Below, piece by piece: positions 1 to 8,625 of a stretch of 59,533 bases of DNA. Source of the DNA: Rickettsiales bacterium (lineage in GTDB: Bacteria > Pseudomonadota > Alphaproteobacteria > Rickettsiales > JABIRX01); assembly GCA_965658435.1 (NCBI GenBank), contig CBFHSE010000003.1, positions 1 through 59,533 on the forward strand, read 5' to 3'. The notes under the pieces are model-generated. The model saw only the letters and a program-made list of their open reading frames with translations. It did not search any database and was not told the origin of the DNA. Made by a program: the position numbers and the translations under genes. Within the stretch, counting starts at the first letter, position 1, and each line of letters opens with the position of its first letter.

Positions 1-2
1 TA

Positions 3-1295
3 AGAATAAAAGAGGAAAATTCAGTAAATTTAAATGATTTATTTAAGCCAGTTAATGGAAATTTCAGCAAAATAATTAATAATGCCAAAAAAATAAAGCC
101 TGATGATTTAGCTACCATTATTTATACAAGTGGTAGTACGGCAATGCCTAAGGGAGTTTGTCTTACTCATAAAAATTTGGTAAGTCAGATAAAAGATAGT
201 GATAAGTCATTTCCTGTTAATTCTGATGATGTTATTTTAAGTTATTTACCGCTTGCCCATATTTTTGAGAGAATGGTTATGTATTTTTATTTGAGTAAAA
301 ATGCTGAAATTTACTTTGCTGATAATATTGAAAATATTGCAAATTTAATGCAAGAAATAAAGCCAACAATGATGACTACTGTGCCAAGATTGCTTGAGAA
401 AATTTATAATAAAATTGAAGCAAAGCAAACATCACTGCCATTTAGTAAAAAAATTATAGCTTCATTTGCTATTTATTATGCTAAAAAAACTCCTGAATGG
501 TGGTATAAAAACTGTTTTGTAAGAAAGTTATTTGCAAAATTAATTTATAGTAAAATTTTAGCTATTTTAGGAGGAAGAATTAAGATGATGATTTGTGGGG
601 GAGCTCCTTTGGATGTAAAATTAGCATTATTTTATAAAAATATAGGTTTAAATTTATTGGAAGGATATGGTTTAACAGAGGCCTCTCCAGTTATTGCTGC
701 TAATAATTTGCAAAATAATAAATTTGCTTCAGTTGGTAAATTATTTCCTTCGGTAAAAGTTAAGATTGCTGAAAATCAGGAGATTCTTGTTAAAGGTCCA
801 AATGTTATGCAAGGTTATTATAAAGATGTTAAAAATACTAAAGAGGCAATTAAAGATGGTTGGTTATATACTGGAGATATGGGAAGGATTGATGAATCTG
901 GATATTTATATGTAACTGGAAGAATTAAGGAGTTGCAAAAAACTTCTAATGGTAAATATGTAGCAACTGCAAGTTTAGAGTCAGCTTTAAAAGAATTGGT
1001 TTATATTGATGAGGTTGTAATTATTGCGGATAGAAGAAAATTTGTTTCAGCTATCATATTTCCTGATTTTAATTACATTAAAGAAAATAAAATTAAGCTT
1101 AAGGACTTAAAATTAGATATTCAGGAAGAAATTTTAAAGATTAATCGTAATTTTAACCATTGGGAAGAAATACAAAGATTTATAATTGCAAAAATTTCTC
1201 CTTCAATTGAAAATGCTCAGCTTACTCCATCAATGAAAATTAGAAGGCATAAAATTCTTGCGGATTACGAAAAAGCTATAAATGAATTATATTAA
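3..1295 (+). CDS. fadD: Long-chain acyl-CoA synthetase (AMP-binding ligase), 5' end cut by the window edge
   Basis: Frame 3 is open from nt 3. Upstream of the listed Met it reads DDLATIIYTSGSTAMPKGV, the AMP-binding T-S-G-S-T-x-x-P-K-G motif. GYGLTE and YTGDMG...GYLYVTGRIKE motifs follow downstream. Confidence 0.88.
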   Translation, partial: RIKEENSVNLNDLFKPVNGNFSKIINNAKKIKPDDLATIIYTSGSTAMPKGVCLTHKNLVSQIKDSDKSFPVNSDDVILSYLPLAHIFERMVMYFYLSKNAEIYFADNIENIANLMQEIKPTMMTTVPRLLEKIYNKIEAKQTSLPFSKKIIASFAIYYAKKTPEWWYKNCFVRKLFAKLIYSKILAILGGRIKMMICGGAPLDVKLALFYKNIGLNLLEGYGLTEASPVIAANNLQNNKFASVGKLFPSVKVKIAENQEILVKGPNVMQGYYKDVKNTKEAIKDGWLYTGDMGRIDESGYLYVTGRIKELQKTSNGKYVATASLESALKELVYIDEVVIIADRRKFVSAIIFPDFNYIKENKIKLKDLKLDIQEEILKINRNFNHWEEIQRFIIAKISPSIENAQLTPSMKIRRHKILADYEKAINELY

Positions 1296-1357
1296 TTGTT
1301 ATTAAATATTTACTGGCTATTAAAAATATGTTATAAATTAAAAATAACTTGGATAAA

Positions 1358-2650
1358 ATGATTAAAGATAGGTTTGCAGTAATTAATGGATTTAGAACTC
1401 CCATGGGAAAAATGGGGGGATCATTAGCTAAAGTCAAAGCTGATTTTTTAGGAGCTTATTTAGTTCGTGAAATTTACACGCGTTATCTTGATTATGATGA
1501 TTATATTTCAGAAGTTATAATTGGAAATGTATCTCAGCCAGCTCATGCTGCAAATATTGCTCGAGTAATTGCCCTACGTGCTGGAATTGATAAAAAAGTA
1601 CCAGCATTTACAGTGCATAGAAATTGTGCTTCAGGAATTGAGGCCATCACTTCTGCTATTTGTAAAATTGAGGCGGGTAGGGCTGAAGTTGTTTTAGCAG
1701 CAGGTGTTGAATCTATGAGTAATATTCCTTTATTATTTAATGATTCAATGAAAGAATTTTTGGAGCAAATGATGCGTGCTAAAAATTTTACTGAAAAATT
1801 ACAAAATTTACTTAAATTTCGTTTAAGTTTTTTAAAGCCAGATATTGCTTTAAAATTAGGTCTAACTGATCCTGTTTGTAATTTAATTATGGGGATGACG
1901 GCAGAAAATTTGGCACAAGATTTTTCAATTACTAGAGAAGATCAAGATAACTTTGCTTGTGATAGCCATAATAAAGCAGAGAAAGCCATTAAGAAATCTT
2001 TATTACAGGAAGAAATTATTCCATTTCCTTTAAATGATAAGAAAAAAAACATTTTAGAGATTGATGAAGGAGTAAGATATGAACAAAATTTAGCTGCTTT
2101 AGGAAAATTAAAGCCATTTTTTGATAGAAAAAATGGAACAGTTACTGCCGGTAACTCCTCACAAATAACTGATGCTGCAGCTGTTTCAATTATTATGAGA
2201 GAGGCAAGAGCTAAGAAACAAAAAATTCCTGCATTAGGATATGTAACAGATTTTATTTATAATGGCCTGGAACCGTCTCATATGGGTTTAGGGCCTGCTT
2301 ATGCAATAGCTGATATTTTAAAAAGGAATAAATTAACTCTAAAAGATATTGATTTATTTGAAATTAATGAAGCTTTTGCAGCTCAAGTAATTGCTTGTGT
2401 TAGGGCTTTGGATTCAAAGGATTTTTGTAAGAAGAATTTAGGCTTAGACGATAAAATAGGTGAGATCCCTGATGATAAATTAAATGTTAATGGTGGCTCT
2501 ATTGCCTTAGGTCACCCTGTTGGAATGACTGGTATGAGATTGGTTATTCATGCACTTAGAGAATTGAAAAGAAGAAGTGAAAAAAGAGCAATAATCTCTC
2601 TGTGTATTGGTGGAGGACAAGGAGGAGCATTATTATTAGAGGCGAATTAA
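1358..2650 (+). CDS. fadA: Acetyl-CoA C-acyltransferase (3-ketoacyl-CoA thiolase)
   Basis: Thiolase signatures are present: HRNCASGIEAI (acyl-Cys), NGGSIALGHPVGMTG and CIGGGQG. The listed ORF starts at TTG 1349; I prefer ATG 1358 (MIKDRF). The stop overlaps the next start as TAATG. Confidence 0.9.
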   Translation: MIKDRFAVINGFRTPMGKMGGSLAKVKADFLGAYLVREIYTRYLDYDDYISEVIIGNVSQPAHAANIARVIALRAGIDKKVPAFTVHRNCASGIEAITSAICKIEAGRAEVVLAAGVESMSNIPLLFNDSMKEFLEQMMRAKNFTEKLQNLLKFRLSFLKPDIALKLGLTDPVCNLIMGMTAENLAQDFSITREDQDNFACDSHNKAEKAIKKSLLQEEIIPFPLNDKKKNILEIDEGVRYEQNLAALGKLKPFFDRKNGTVTAGNSSQITDAAAVSIIMREARAKKQKIPALGYVTDFIYNGLEPSHMGLGPAYAIADILKRNKLTLKDIDLFEINEAFAAQVIACVRALDSKDFCKKNLGLDDKIGEIPDDKLNVNGGSIALGHPVGMTGMRLVIHALRELKRRSEKRAIISLCIGGGQGGALLLEAN

Positions 2651-4764
2651 TGAGTAATTTTAAATTAGAAATTGGTAAGGATAATATTGCAAATTTAACT
2701 TTTGATTTGAAAAATGAAAAAGTAAATATTTTACGTTCTGATATTTTGTTAGAATTAGAAAAAGAATTAGACCTCCTAAAAAATAATAAAAAAATAAAAT
2801 TATTAGTTTTTAAAAGTGCTAAAGAGGGAAATTTTATTGCTGGAGCTGATATTAATGAGATCCAAGATTTAACTGACGAAAAAGAAGCAATAAATAAAGT
2901 TAAAAAAGGACAAGATATTCTTAATAAAATTGCTAATCTACCTTTTACAACATTATGCTATATTAATGGCTCTGCAATGGGGGGTGGAACTGAACTAGCT
3001 TTAGCATGCGATTTTAGGGTTGCTGCGGAATCTGAAAAAAGTTTGATAGCTTTACCTGAAGTTAAATTAGGAATTTTTCCTGGCTTTGGTGGAACGCAAA
3101 GATTACCTAGATTAATTGGTATAATAGCTGCGTTACCATTAATTTTAACAGGTAAAGCTATAGTTGCTAAGAAAGCTTATAAAATTGGTTTAATTGATGA
3201 TTATTTTCCCATAAAATATGAGAAAACTCATTTAGACAAATTTATTAAGAGAATTTTAGATGAAAAGCAAAAGTTAAAAATTTTAAAAAGACGTAAGCCT
3301 AAATTTCTGTTTTTACAAAAGAAAATATTGAGAGATTTTATTTTTAATAAAGCAAAGAAAAATATTTTAAAACAAACATCTGGTCATTATCCAGCTCCAC
3401 TTGCTGCTATTGATGTAATGAGAAGAACTATAGATTTGCCTATTGAAAAAGGTTTAGAGATTGAACATAAGGAATTTGCTAAATTAGTGATAGGTGATGT
3501 TTGTAAGAATCTAATAGATATTTATTTTACGACTGAAGAAATTAAAAGAAATACGGGTTCTAAAGAAAATTTTAAATTAAAAAGCTTTAAAAATACTGCT
3601 ATTCTTGGAGCTGGAGTAATGGGAGGGGGGATTGCTTGGCTTTACAGTAAATTAGATATGTCTGTAAGAATTAAAGATATAAATAATAATTCTTTAGCTC
3701 TTGCATATAGTCATATTAATAAAATTTATAAAGAACTGCTTAAGATTAAAAAATACAGTAAAAATCAGGTAACTAATAAGCTATCTTTAATTTCATTAAC
3801 AACTGCTAATGAAGGTTTTAAAAATTGTGATTTAATGAGTGAGGCAGTCACTGAAGATATTAAATTAAAAAAGAAATTGCTTGCTGATTTTGAGCCTTAT
3901 TTAAATAAAAAAACAATTATTGCATCAAATACTTCTTCTTTATCCATAACTGAAATGGCTAAATCTCTTAAAAATCCTGAAAGATTTATAGGGATGCATT
4001 ATTTTAACCCAGTAAATCATATGCCTTTGATTGAGGTAATTCCTGGCAAGGAAACTAGTGATGAAACTTTAGTAAATATTATATCTTTATGTAAAAAGCT
4101 TGGTAAAACACCAGTTATTGTTGCTGATGTTCCAGGGTTTTTAGTTAATAGAATTTTACTTACTTATATTAATGAGGCTTTTCATATTTTATCTGAAACG
4201 GCTATGGTAAGGGATATTGATGAAATTGCCTGTGAATTTGGTATGCCAATGGGTCCTTTATATTTAGCTGATGTAGTAGGATTAGATGTTGGTTATAAAG
4301 TGGCTAAAATTTTAGAAAAATCATATGGAAGTAGGATGCAGGTTTCTAAGTTAATTGAGGCTATTTATAATGATCTAAACCTAGTTGGTAAGAAAAATAA
4401 TGAAGGAATTTATCTCTATAAAAATGAGCATAAATTTACTAATGATAAGGTGATTTCTCTTTGTAAAAAACAAAAAATTTCTGATGCTGATATTTTAGAT
4501 AGGTTATTATTAATCATGGTTAATGAAGCAGCTAGATCTATTGATGAAAAAGTTGTTTCTGCACCAAATATGCTTGATATTGCAATGATTATGGGTACAG
4601 GATTTCCACCATTTAGAGGTGGTATATTAAAATATGCTGATTCAGTTGGATTAGAAAAAATTTTAGAGAGGTTAAAATATCTGGCAAGAAAATATGGCAA
4701 TAGGTTCGAGCCTGCGCCATATATTGTTAAGTTAGTTAAAAATAAACAAAATTTTTATAATTAA
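2650..4764 (+). CDS. fadB: Bifunctional enoyl-CoA hydratase / 3-hydroxyacyl-CoA dehydrogenase
   Basis: N-terminal crotonase fold (GGGTELALACDFR, PEVKLGIFPGFGGTQRLP) and central Rossmann motif GAGVMGGGIA. Start taken at ATG 2650 (MSNFKLE), which shares one nt with the fadA stop. Confidence 0.9.
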   Translation: MSNFKLEIGKDNIANLTFDLKNEKVNILRSDILLELEKELDLLKNNKKIKLLVFKSAKEGNFIAGADINEIQDLTDEKEAINKVKKGQDILNKIANLPFTTLCYINGSAMGGGTELALACDFRVAAESEKSLIALPEVKLGIFPGFGGTQRLPRLIGIIAALPLILTGKAIVAKKAYKIGLIDDYFPIKYEKTHLDKFIKRILDEKQKLKILKRRKPKFLFLQKKILRDFIFNKAKKNILKQTSGHYPAPLAAIDVMRRTIDLPIEKGLEIEHKEFAKLVIGDVCKNLIDIYFTTEEIKRNTGSKENFKLKSFKNTAILGAGVMGGGIAWLYSKLDMSVRIKDINNNSLALAYSHINKIYKELLKIKKYSKNQVTNKLSLISLTTANEGFKNCDLMSEAVTEDIKLKKKLLADFEPYLNKKTIIASNTSSLSITEMAKSLKNPERFIGMHYFNPVNHMPLIEVIPGKETSDETLVNIISLCKKLGKTPVIVADVPGFLVNRILLTYINEAFHILSETAMVRDIDEIACEFGMPMGPLYLADVVGLDVGYKVAKILEKSYGSRMQVSKLIEAIYNDLNLVGKKNNEGIYLYKNEHKFTNDKVISLCKKQKISDADILDRLLLIMVNEAARSIDEKVVSAPNMLDIAMIMGTGFPPFRGGILKYADSVGLEKILERLKYLARKYGNRFEPAPYIVKLVKNKQNFYN

Positions 4765-4775
4765 GGAGGTAATAT

Positions 4776-7163
4776 ATGTTTGATTTTTTACAATTTTTAA
4801 ATAATGGAGCTTTTGGTTTTTTTGCTTTAATTATTGTGCTGTATTTTGCTTATAAGGGGTCGTCATTAATTATTTTTTCTTTGTTTGGCTTGTTTTTATT
4901 ACTGGTGAAGAATGTTGAGCCTTTATTTATTTTATCATATTTAATTCTTAATTTTATTATTTTATTTAAGCCTGTTAGAAAATATTTAATTTCTAAAAAT
5001 ATTATATCACTACTTAAAAAATCTGGTATGATTCCTAAAATCTCTGAAACTGAGGAAATTGCTTTAAGGGCAGGGAATGTTTGGATTGAAGGAGAGTTGT
5101 TTTCTGGAAAACCTGATATGGCTAAGATATTAAAAGAGCCGTATGGTAAGCTAACAAAAGAAGAACAAGATTTTTTAAATGGACCTGTAGATAAAGTTTG
5201 CGAAATGACAAATGATTGGCAGGTTTTTCAAGATAAGGATTTATCAAAAGAAGTTTGGGATTACCTAAAAAAAGAAAAGTTTTTTGGTATGATAATTCCT
5301 AAAAAATACTCAGGTCTTGGTTTTCAAGCTTTAGCTCATTCAAAAGTTGTTGAAAAATTAGCTACAAGATCACAAGTTTTGGCAATTACTGTAATGGTTC
5401 CTAACTCTTTAGGGCCAGCTGAATTATTGCTTAGATATGGAACGGTAAAACAAAAGGATTTTTATTTACCGAGGCTTGCAAAGGGGCAAGAAATTCCTTG
5501 TTTTGGTTTAACTGAGCCATTGGCTGGAAGTGATGCTACATCTATTTCATCTTATGGTGAGGTTTTTAAAGATAAGGATGGTAAGCTTAAAATTAAGCTT
5601 AATTTCAGGAAAAGATATATCACATTGGGAGCTGTTGCTACTGTAATTGGTTTGGCATTTAAATTAAAAGACCCAAAAAATTTACTTAATAAGGGCCATG
5701 ATTTAGGAATAACTTGCGCTTTGATTAAAAGCAAAAATGCTAATATTGCAATTAAAAGACATGACCCATTAAGCGTGCCATTTGTGAATGCTTCTTTGAT
5801 AGGAAAGGATGTTATAATATCAGTAGATGATATTATAGGTGGGGTTTCTCAAGCAGGATCAGGATGGAAGATGTTAATGGAGTGTTTATCAATTGGTAGA
5901 GGTATTTCTTTGCCTGCAACAAGTACAGGTGGGGCAAAAATGGTTGCTAGAACTGTTGGAAATTATGCAAGAATTAGAAGGCAATTTGGTACTGAAATAG
6001 GAAAGTTTGAAGGAGTTTTAGATCCAATGGCAAATATTGCTGGTTTTACTTATATGTTAGATTCTGCCAGAATTTTTACTGCATCAGCAATTGATAATGG
6101 TTACAAACCAGCTGTTGCTAATGCAATTGTTAAATATCATTTTACTGAAAAATTTAGAGAAATAATTAATCACGGTATGGATATTTTAGGTGGAGCAGCA
6201 ATTTGTAGGGGGCCTAAAAATATTTTGGCACATGCTTATTTTGGAACACCAATAGCAATTACTGTTGAGGGTGCAAATATTATGACTAGAAGCTTAATTC
6301 ATTTTGGCCAAGGGGCTATAAGATGTCATCCATATTCATATAATGAAATGAAAGCATTAGCTGAAAATGATTTAGATAAATTTGATGATAATTTCTTTAA
6401 ACATATAGGTCATTTATTAAGAAATATGACTAGGTCAATTTTGCTTAGCTTATCAAGGGGTTATTTATATCATAGAAGATATGTTGGTGTAATTGGTAAA
6501 TATGAGGCTCGTCTTGCTTGGAGCTCTGCTAGCTTTGCATTTTTAGCAGATGTTGCTCTTGCTCTTTATGGTGGCTCTATTAAAAGGAAGGAGGCCTTAA
6601 CTTCTAGATTTGGTGATATATTATCATATATGTATTTGGCAAGTTCAGTTTTAAGAAGATTTAAAGCTGATGGTTCTAAAAAAGAGGATTTAGACTATCT
6701 TAAATGGTCTATGAATTATTGTTTTTCTGAAATACAAGAATCTTTTTCTGCAATTTTTAAGAATTTATTTAATGGTAAAATTGGTTCTTTGATAGGGATG
6801 ATTTTGGATTTTTATAATCGCTTAAATCCTATTGGGCAAAGATCTAATAATTTTCTTAATCATAAAATTGCTAAAACATTAATGATTTCAGATAAAAGAA
6901 GGGATCGTTTAACAGAAGATGTTTTTATTGCCAAAGATAAAAATGACCAATTAAATAAATTGGAAATCGCATTTAGAGAAACAGAAAAATATGAGAAAAT
7001 TTATGAAAAGATTAAATTAGCTTTAAGGAATAAAGTGATAGATAAGTCCGGTTCTTTATATGAAAATGCGGTTAAGGCAAAAATAATTAATAAAAATGAA
7101 TATGATCTTCTCTTAAAGATTAAGAAACTTCTTGATGATGCTGTTGAAGTGGATGCTTTTTAA
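4776..7163 (+). CDS. fadE: Large membrane-associated acyl-CoA dehydrogenase (FadE type)
   Basis: 795 aa. Hydrophobic N-terminal segments precede an acyl-CoA dehydrogenase core (CFGLTEPLAGSDATS). Size and architecture match FadE, and an AGGAGG RBS precedes the ATG. Confidence 0.85.
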   Translation: MFDFLQFLNNGAFGFFALIIVLYFAYKGSSLIIFSLFGLFLLLVKNVEPLFILSYLILNFIILFKPVRKYLISKNIISLLKKSGMIPKISETEEIALRAGNVWIEGELFSGKPDMAKILKEPYGKLTKEEQDFLNGPVDKVCEMTNDWQVFQDKDLSKEVWDYLKKEKFFGMIIPKKYSGLGFQALAHSKVVEKLATRSQVLAITVMVPNSLGPAELLLRYGTVKQKDFYLPRLAKGQEIPCFGLTEPLAGSDATSISSYGEVFKDKDGKLKIKLNFRKRYITLGAVATVIGLAFKLKDPKNLLNKGHDLGITCALIKSKNANIAIKRHDPLSVPFVNASLIGKDVIISVDDIIGGVSQAGSGWKMLMECLSIGRGISLPATSTGGAKMVARTVGNYARIRRQFGTEIGKFEGVLDPMANIAGFTYMLDSARIFTASAIDNGYKPAVANAIVKYHFTEKFREIINHGMDILGGAAICRGPKNILAHAYFGTPIAITVEGANIMTRSLIHFGQGAIRCHPYSYNEMKALAENDLDKFDDNFFKHIGHLLRNMTRSILLSLSRGYLYHRRYVGVIGKYEARLAWSSASFAFLADVALALYGGSIKRKEALTSRFGDILSYMYLASSVLRRFKADGSKKEDLDYLKWSMNYCFSEIQESFSAIFKNLFNGKIGSLIGMILDFYNRLNPIGQRSNNFLNHKIAKTLMISDKRRDRLTEDVFIAKDKNDQLNKLEIAFRETEKYEKIYEKIKLALRNKVIDKSGSLYENAVKAKIINKNEYDLLLKIKKLLDDAVEVDAF

Positions 7164-7252
7164 GTTTCTTTTTATATAAAAGATTTTTTACATAATTGCC
7201 TTAATTATTATTTAATTAAATTTTATTATTTCTTTACTTATAAAATTTAAGT

Positions 7253-7770
7253 ATGAAATATCAAAAAATCTGCTGGAAAGTGTAATGGATCAAGAGGCAT
7301 AGAATTAAATGGAAAAGGAATAAGCAATTATATCAACCCAGATGGAGTTGGAAATCAATATAAAGAAATAGATTTTTTTCTTCTTCATCTCCTAATAAGT
7401 TGGGCTCTAATTTGAGTACAGCTAATGATAATAGAATTAAGAAAGCTTAAAAAAAAGTTGAGAAGTGAGAAAAGAAGCTTTGCGAAAAAACAAAAACTAT
7501 AGATGATAAGGCACTAGCTACAAGGAATATAAATTAACTTCTTAAGGAAGCAGAAGTTAGAGTGGTCTTAGCAGGAGAAGAGCTTTAGAAAGAAAAAGTA
7601 AGAACGAAAGCAGAGCCAGCATCAGCCAGAGCATTAATACAAAAAAACTCTTCTTTATTTCTCTTCTTTCACCACATGCAAAAAGGGTGCAAGGTTTTGC
7701 TGAATCTGTTTCTTCTAGACGAGCTATAAGCAAATATAACTTCAAGATCAACCTTGCGATTATGACATAA
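7253..7770 (+). pseudogene. Possible eroded gene remnant, with stops in all frames
   Basis: The composition is less AT-rich than true spacers here. Short open stretches jump between frames (KSAGKCNGSRGIELNGKGISNYINPDGVGNQYKEIDF; EAEVRVVLAGEEL; KAEPASARALIQKN). No family was recognised. Confidence 0.2.
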
Positions 7771-7822
7771 AGCTACTTAGCTTAATATTAATGAATTATT
7801 GCTATTTACTAATAGCTTAAAT

Positions 7823-8569
7823 TTATTGTAATTTTTTTATAATTTTAAAATATATATTATAGGGTAGTAACCTTAAAAATTTGCATATATAGGTAAAATT
7901 TTTTGGAAAAGTTATTTCAAACTGTTTTTTTAATAAGGCTTTGGAAATTTTTTCTGCTGCTAATTCACTGGAAATTAGCATAGGCATTTTAAAATTATTT
8001 TTTGCTGTTAATCTTGTTTTTATAAAACCAGGATTAATTAGCTTTATGTCAATTTCTTGGTTTTCTAGATATAAGCTTTCGCAAAAATTAATTAATGCTG
8101 CCTTGCTAGCACCATAGATTTGGGAATTTGGTAAGCCTCTGTAGCCTGCCACTGATGCGCAAAAAGCTAATTGTGCTGTTTTTTGTTTTTTAAGGAAGGG
8201 TAAAATAAAATGAGTAAGGTTGATAGCGCCCATTAAATTGGTTTGGATAATTTTATTTGTTAATTCTAAATCAATATCACTAATAGATTTAGGTTCATAA
8301 ATTCCTGCTAAAAATATTATGCTATTAATGTTTTTATGTAGTTTAAATGCTTTAATTGTAGCTGTTTGACATGATTTTGCATTTGCCACATCAAAATCAA
8401 TAATTTGATGATTTCCTTTAAGTGATTTAGTTAATTCTTTTAATGTTTTGTGGTTTCTACTTGATAAAATAAGGTTACTGTTTTTGCTTGCTAAATTTTT
8501 TGCAAGGGCAGCTCCAATGCCAGTGCTTGCCCCGATTATCCAGATGGTTTTGTTTTTAAAATTTTGCAT
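7823..8569 (-). CDS. Short-chain dehydrogenase/reductase (SDR)
   Basis: Carries the GASTGIGAALA cofactor motif and the YGASKAAL (YxxxK) catalytic motif. Length is 248 aa. Confidence 0.85.
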   Translation of the reverse strand: MQNFKNKTIWIIGASTGIGAALAKNLASKNSNLILSSRNHKTLKELTKSLKGNHQIIDFDVANAKSCQTATIKAFKLHKNINSIIFLAGIYEPKSISDIDLELTNKIIQTNLMGAINLTHFILPFLKKQKTAQLAFCASVAGYRGLPNSQIYGASKAALINFCESLYLENQEIDIKLINPGFIKTRLTAKNNFKMPMLISSELAAEKISKALLKKQFEITFPKNFTYICKFLRLLPYNIYFKIIKKLQ

Positions 8570-8625
8570 AAATTTAACATAAACAACTAAAAATCAGGGT
8601 CAAGCATTAGAATTTACATACCTCC

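Noticed and set aside
4703-4712. tRNA T-arm-like GGTTCGAGCC
   Set aside because: It lies inside the fadB reading frame, and no acceptor or anticodon stems can be drawn around it.
4416-5734. Minus-strand ORFs 4416-4700 and 5552-5734
   Set aside because: They are shadow ORFs opposite fadB and fadE.
7557-7751. 64-aa minus-strand ORF in the fadE-SDR spacer
   Set aside because: The translation is hydrophobic and low-complexity, with no RBS. The region looks like decayed + strand coding sequence.
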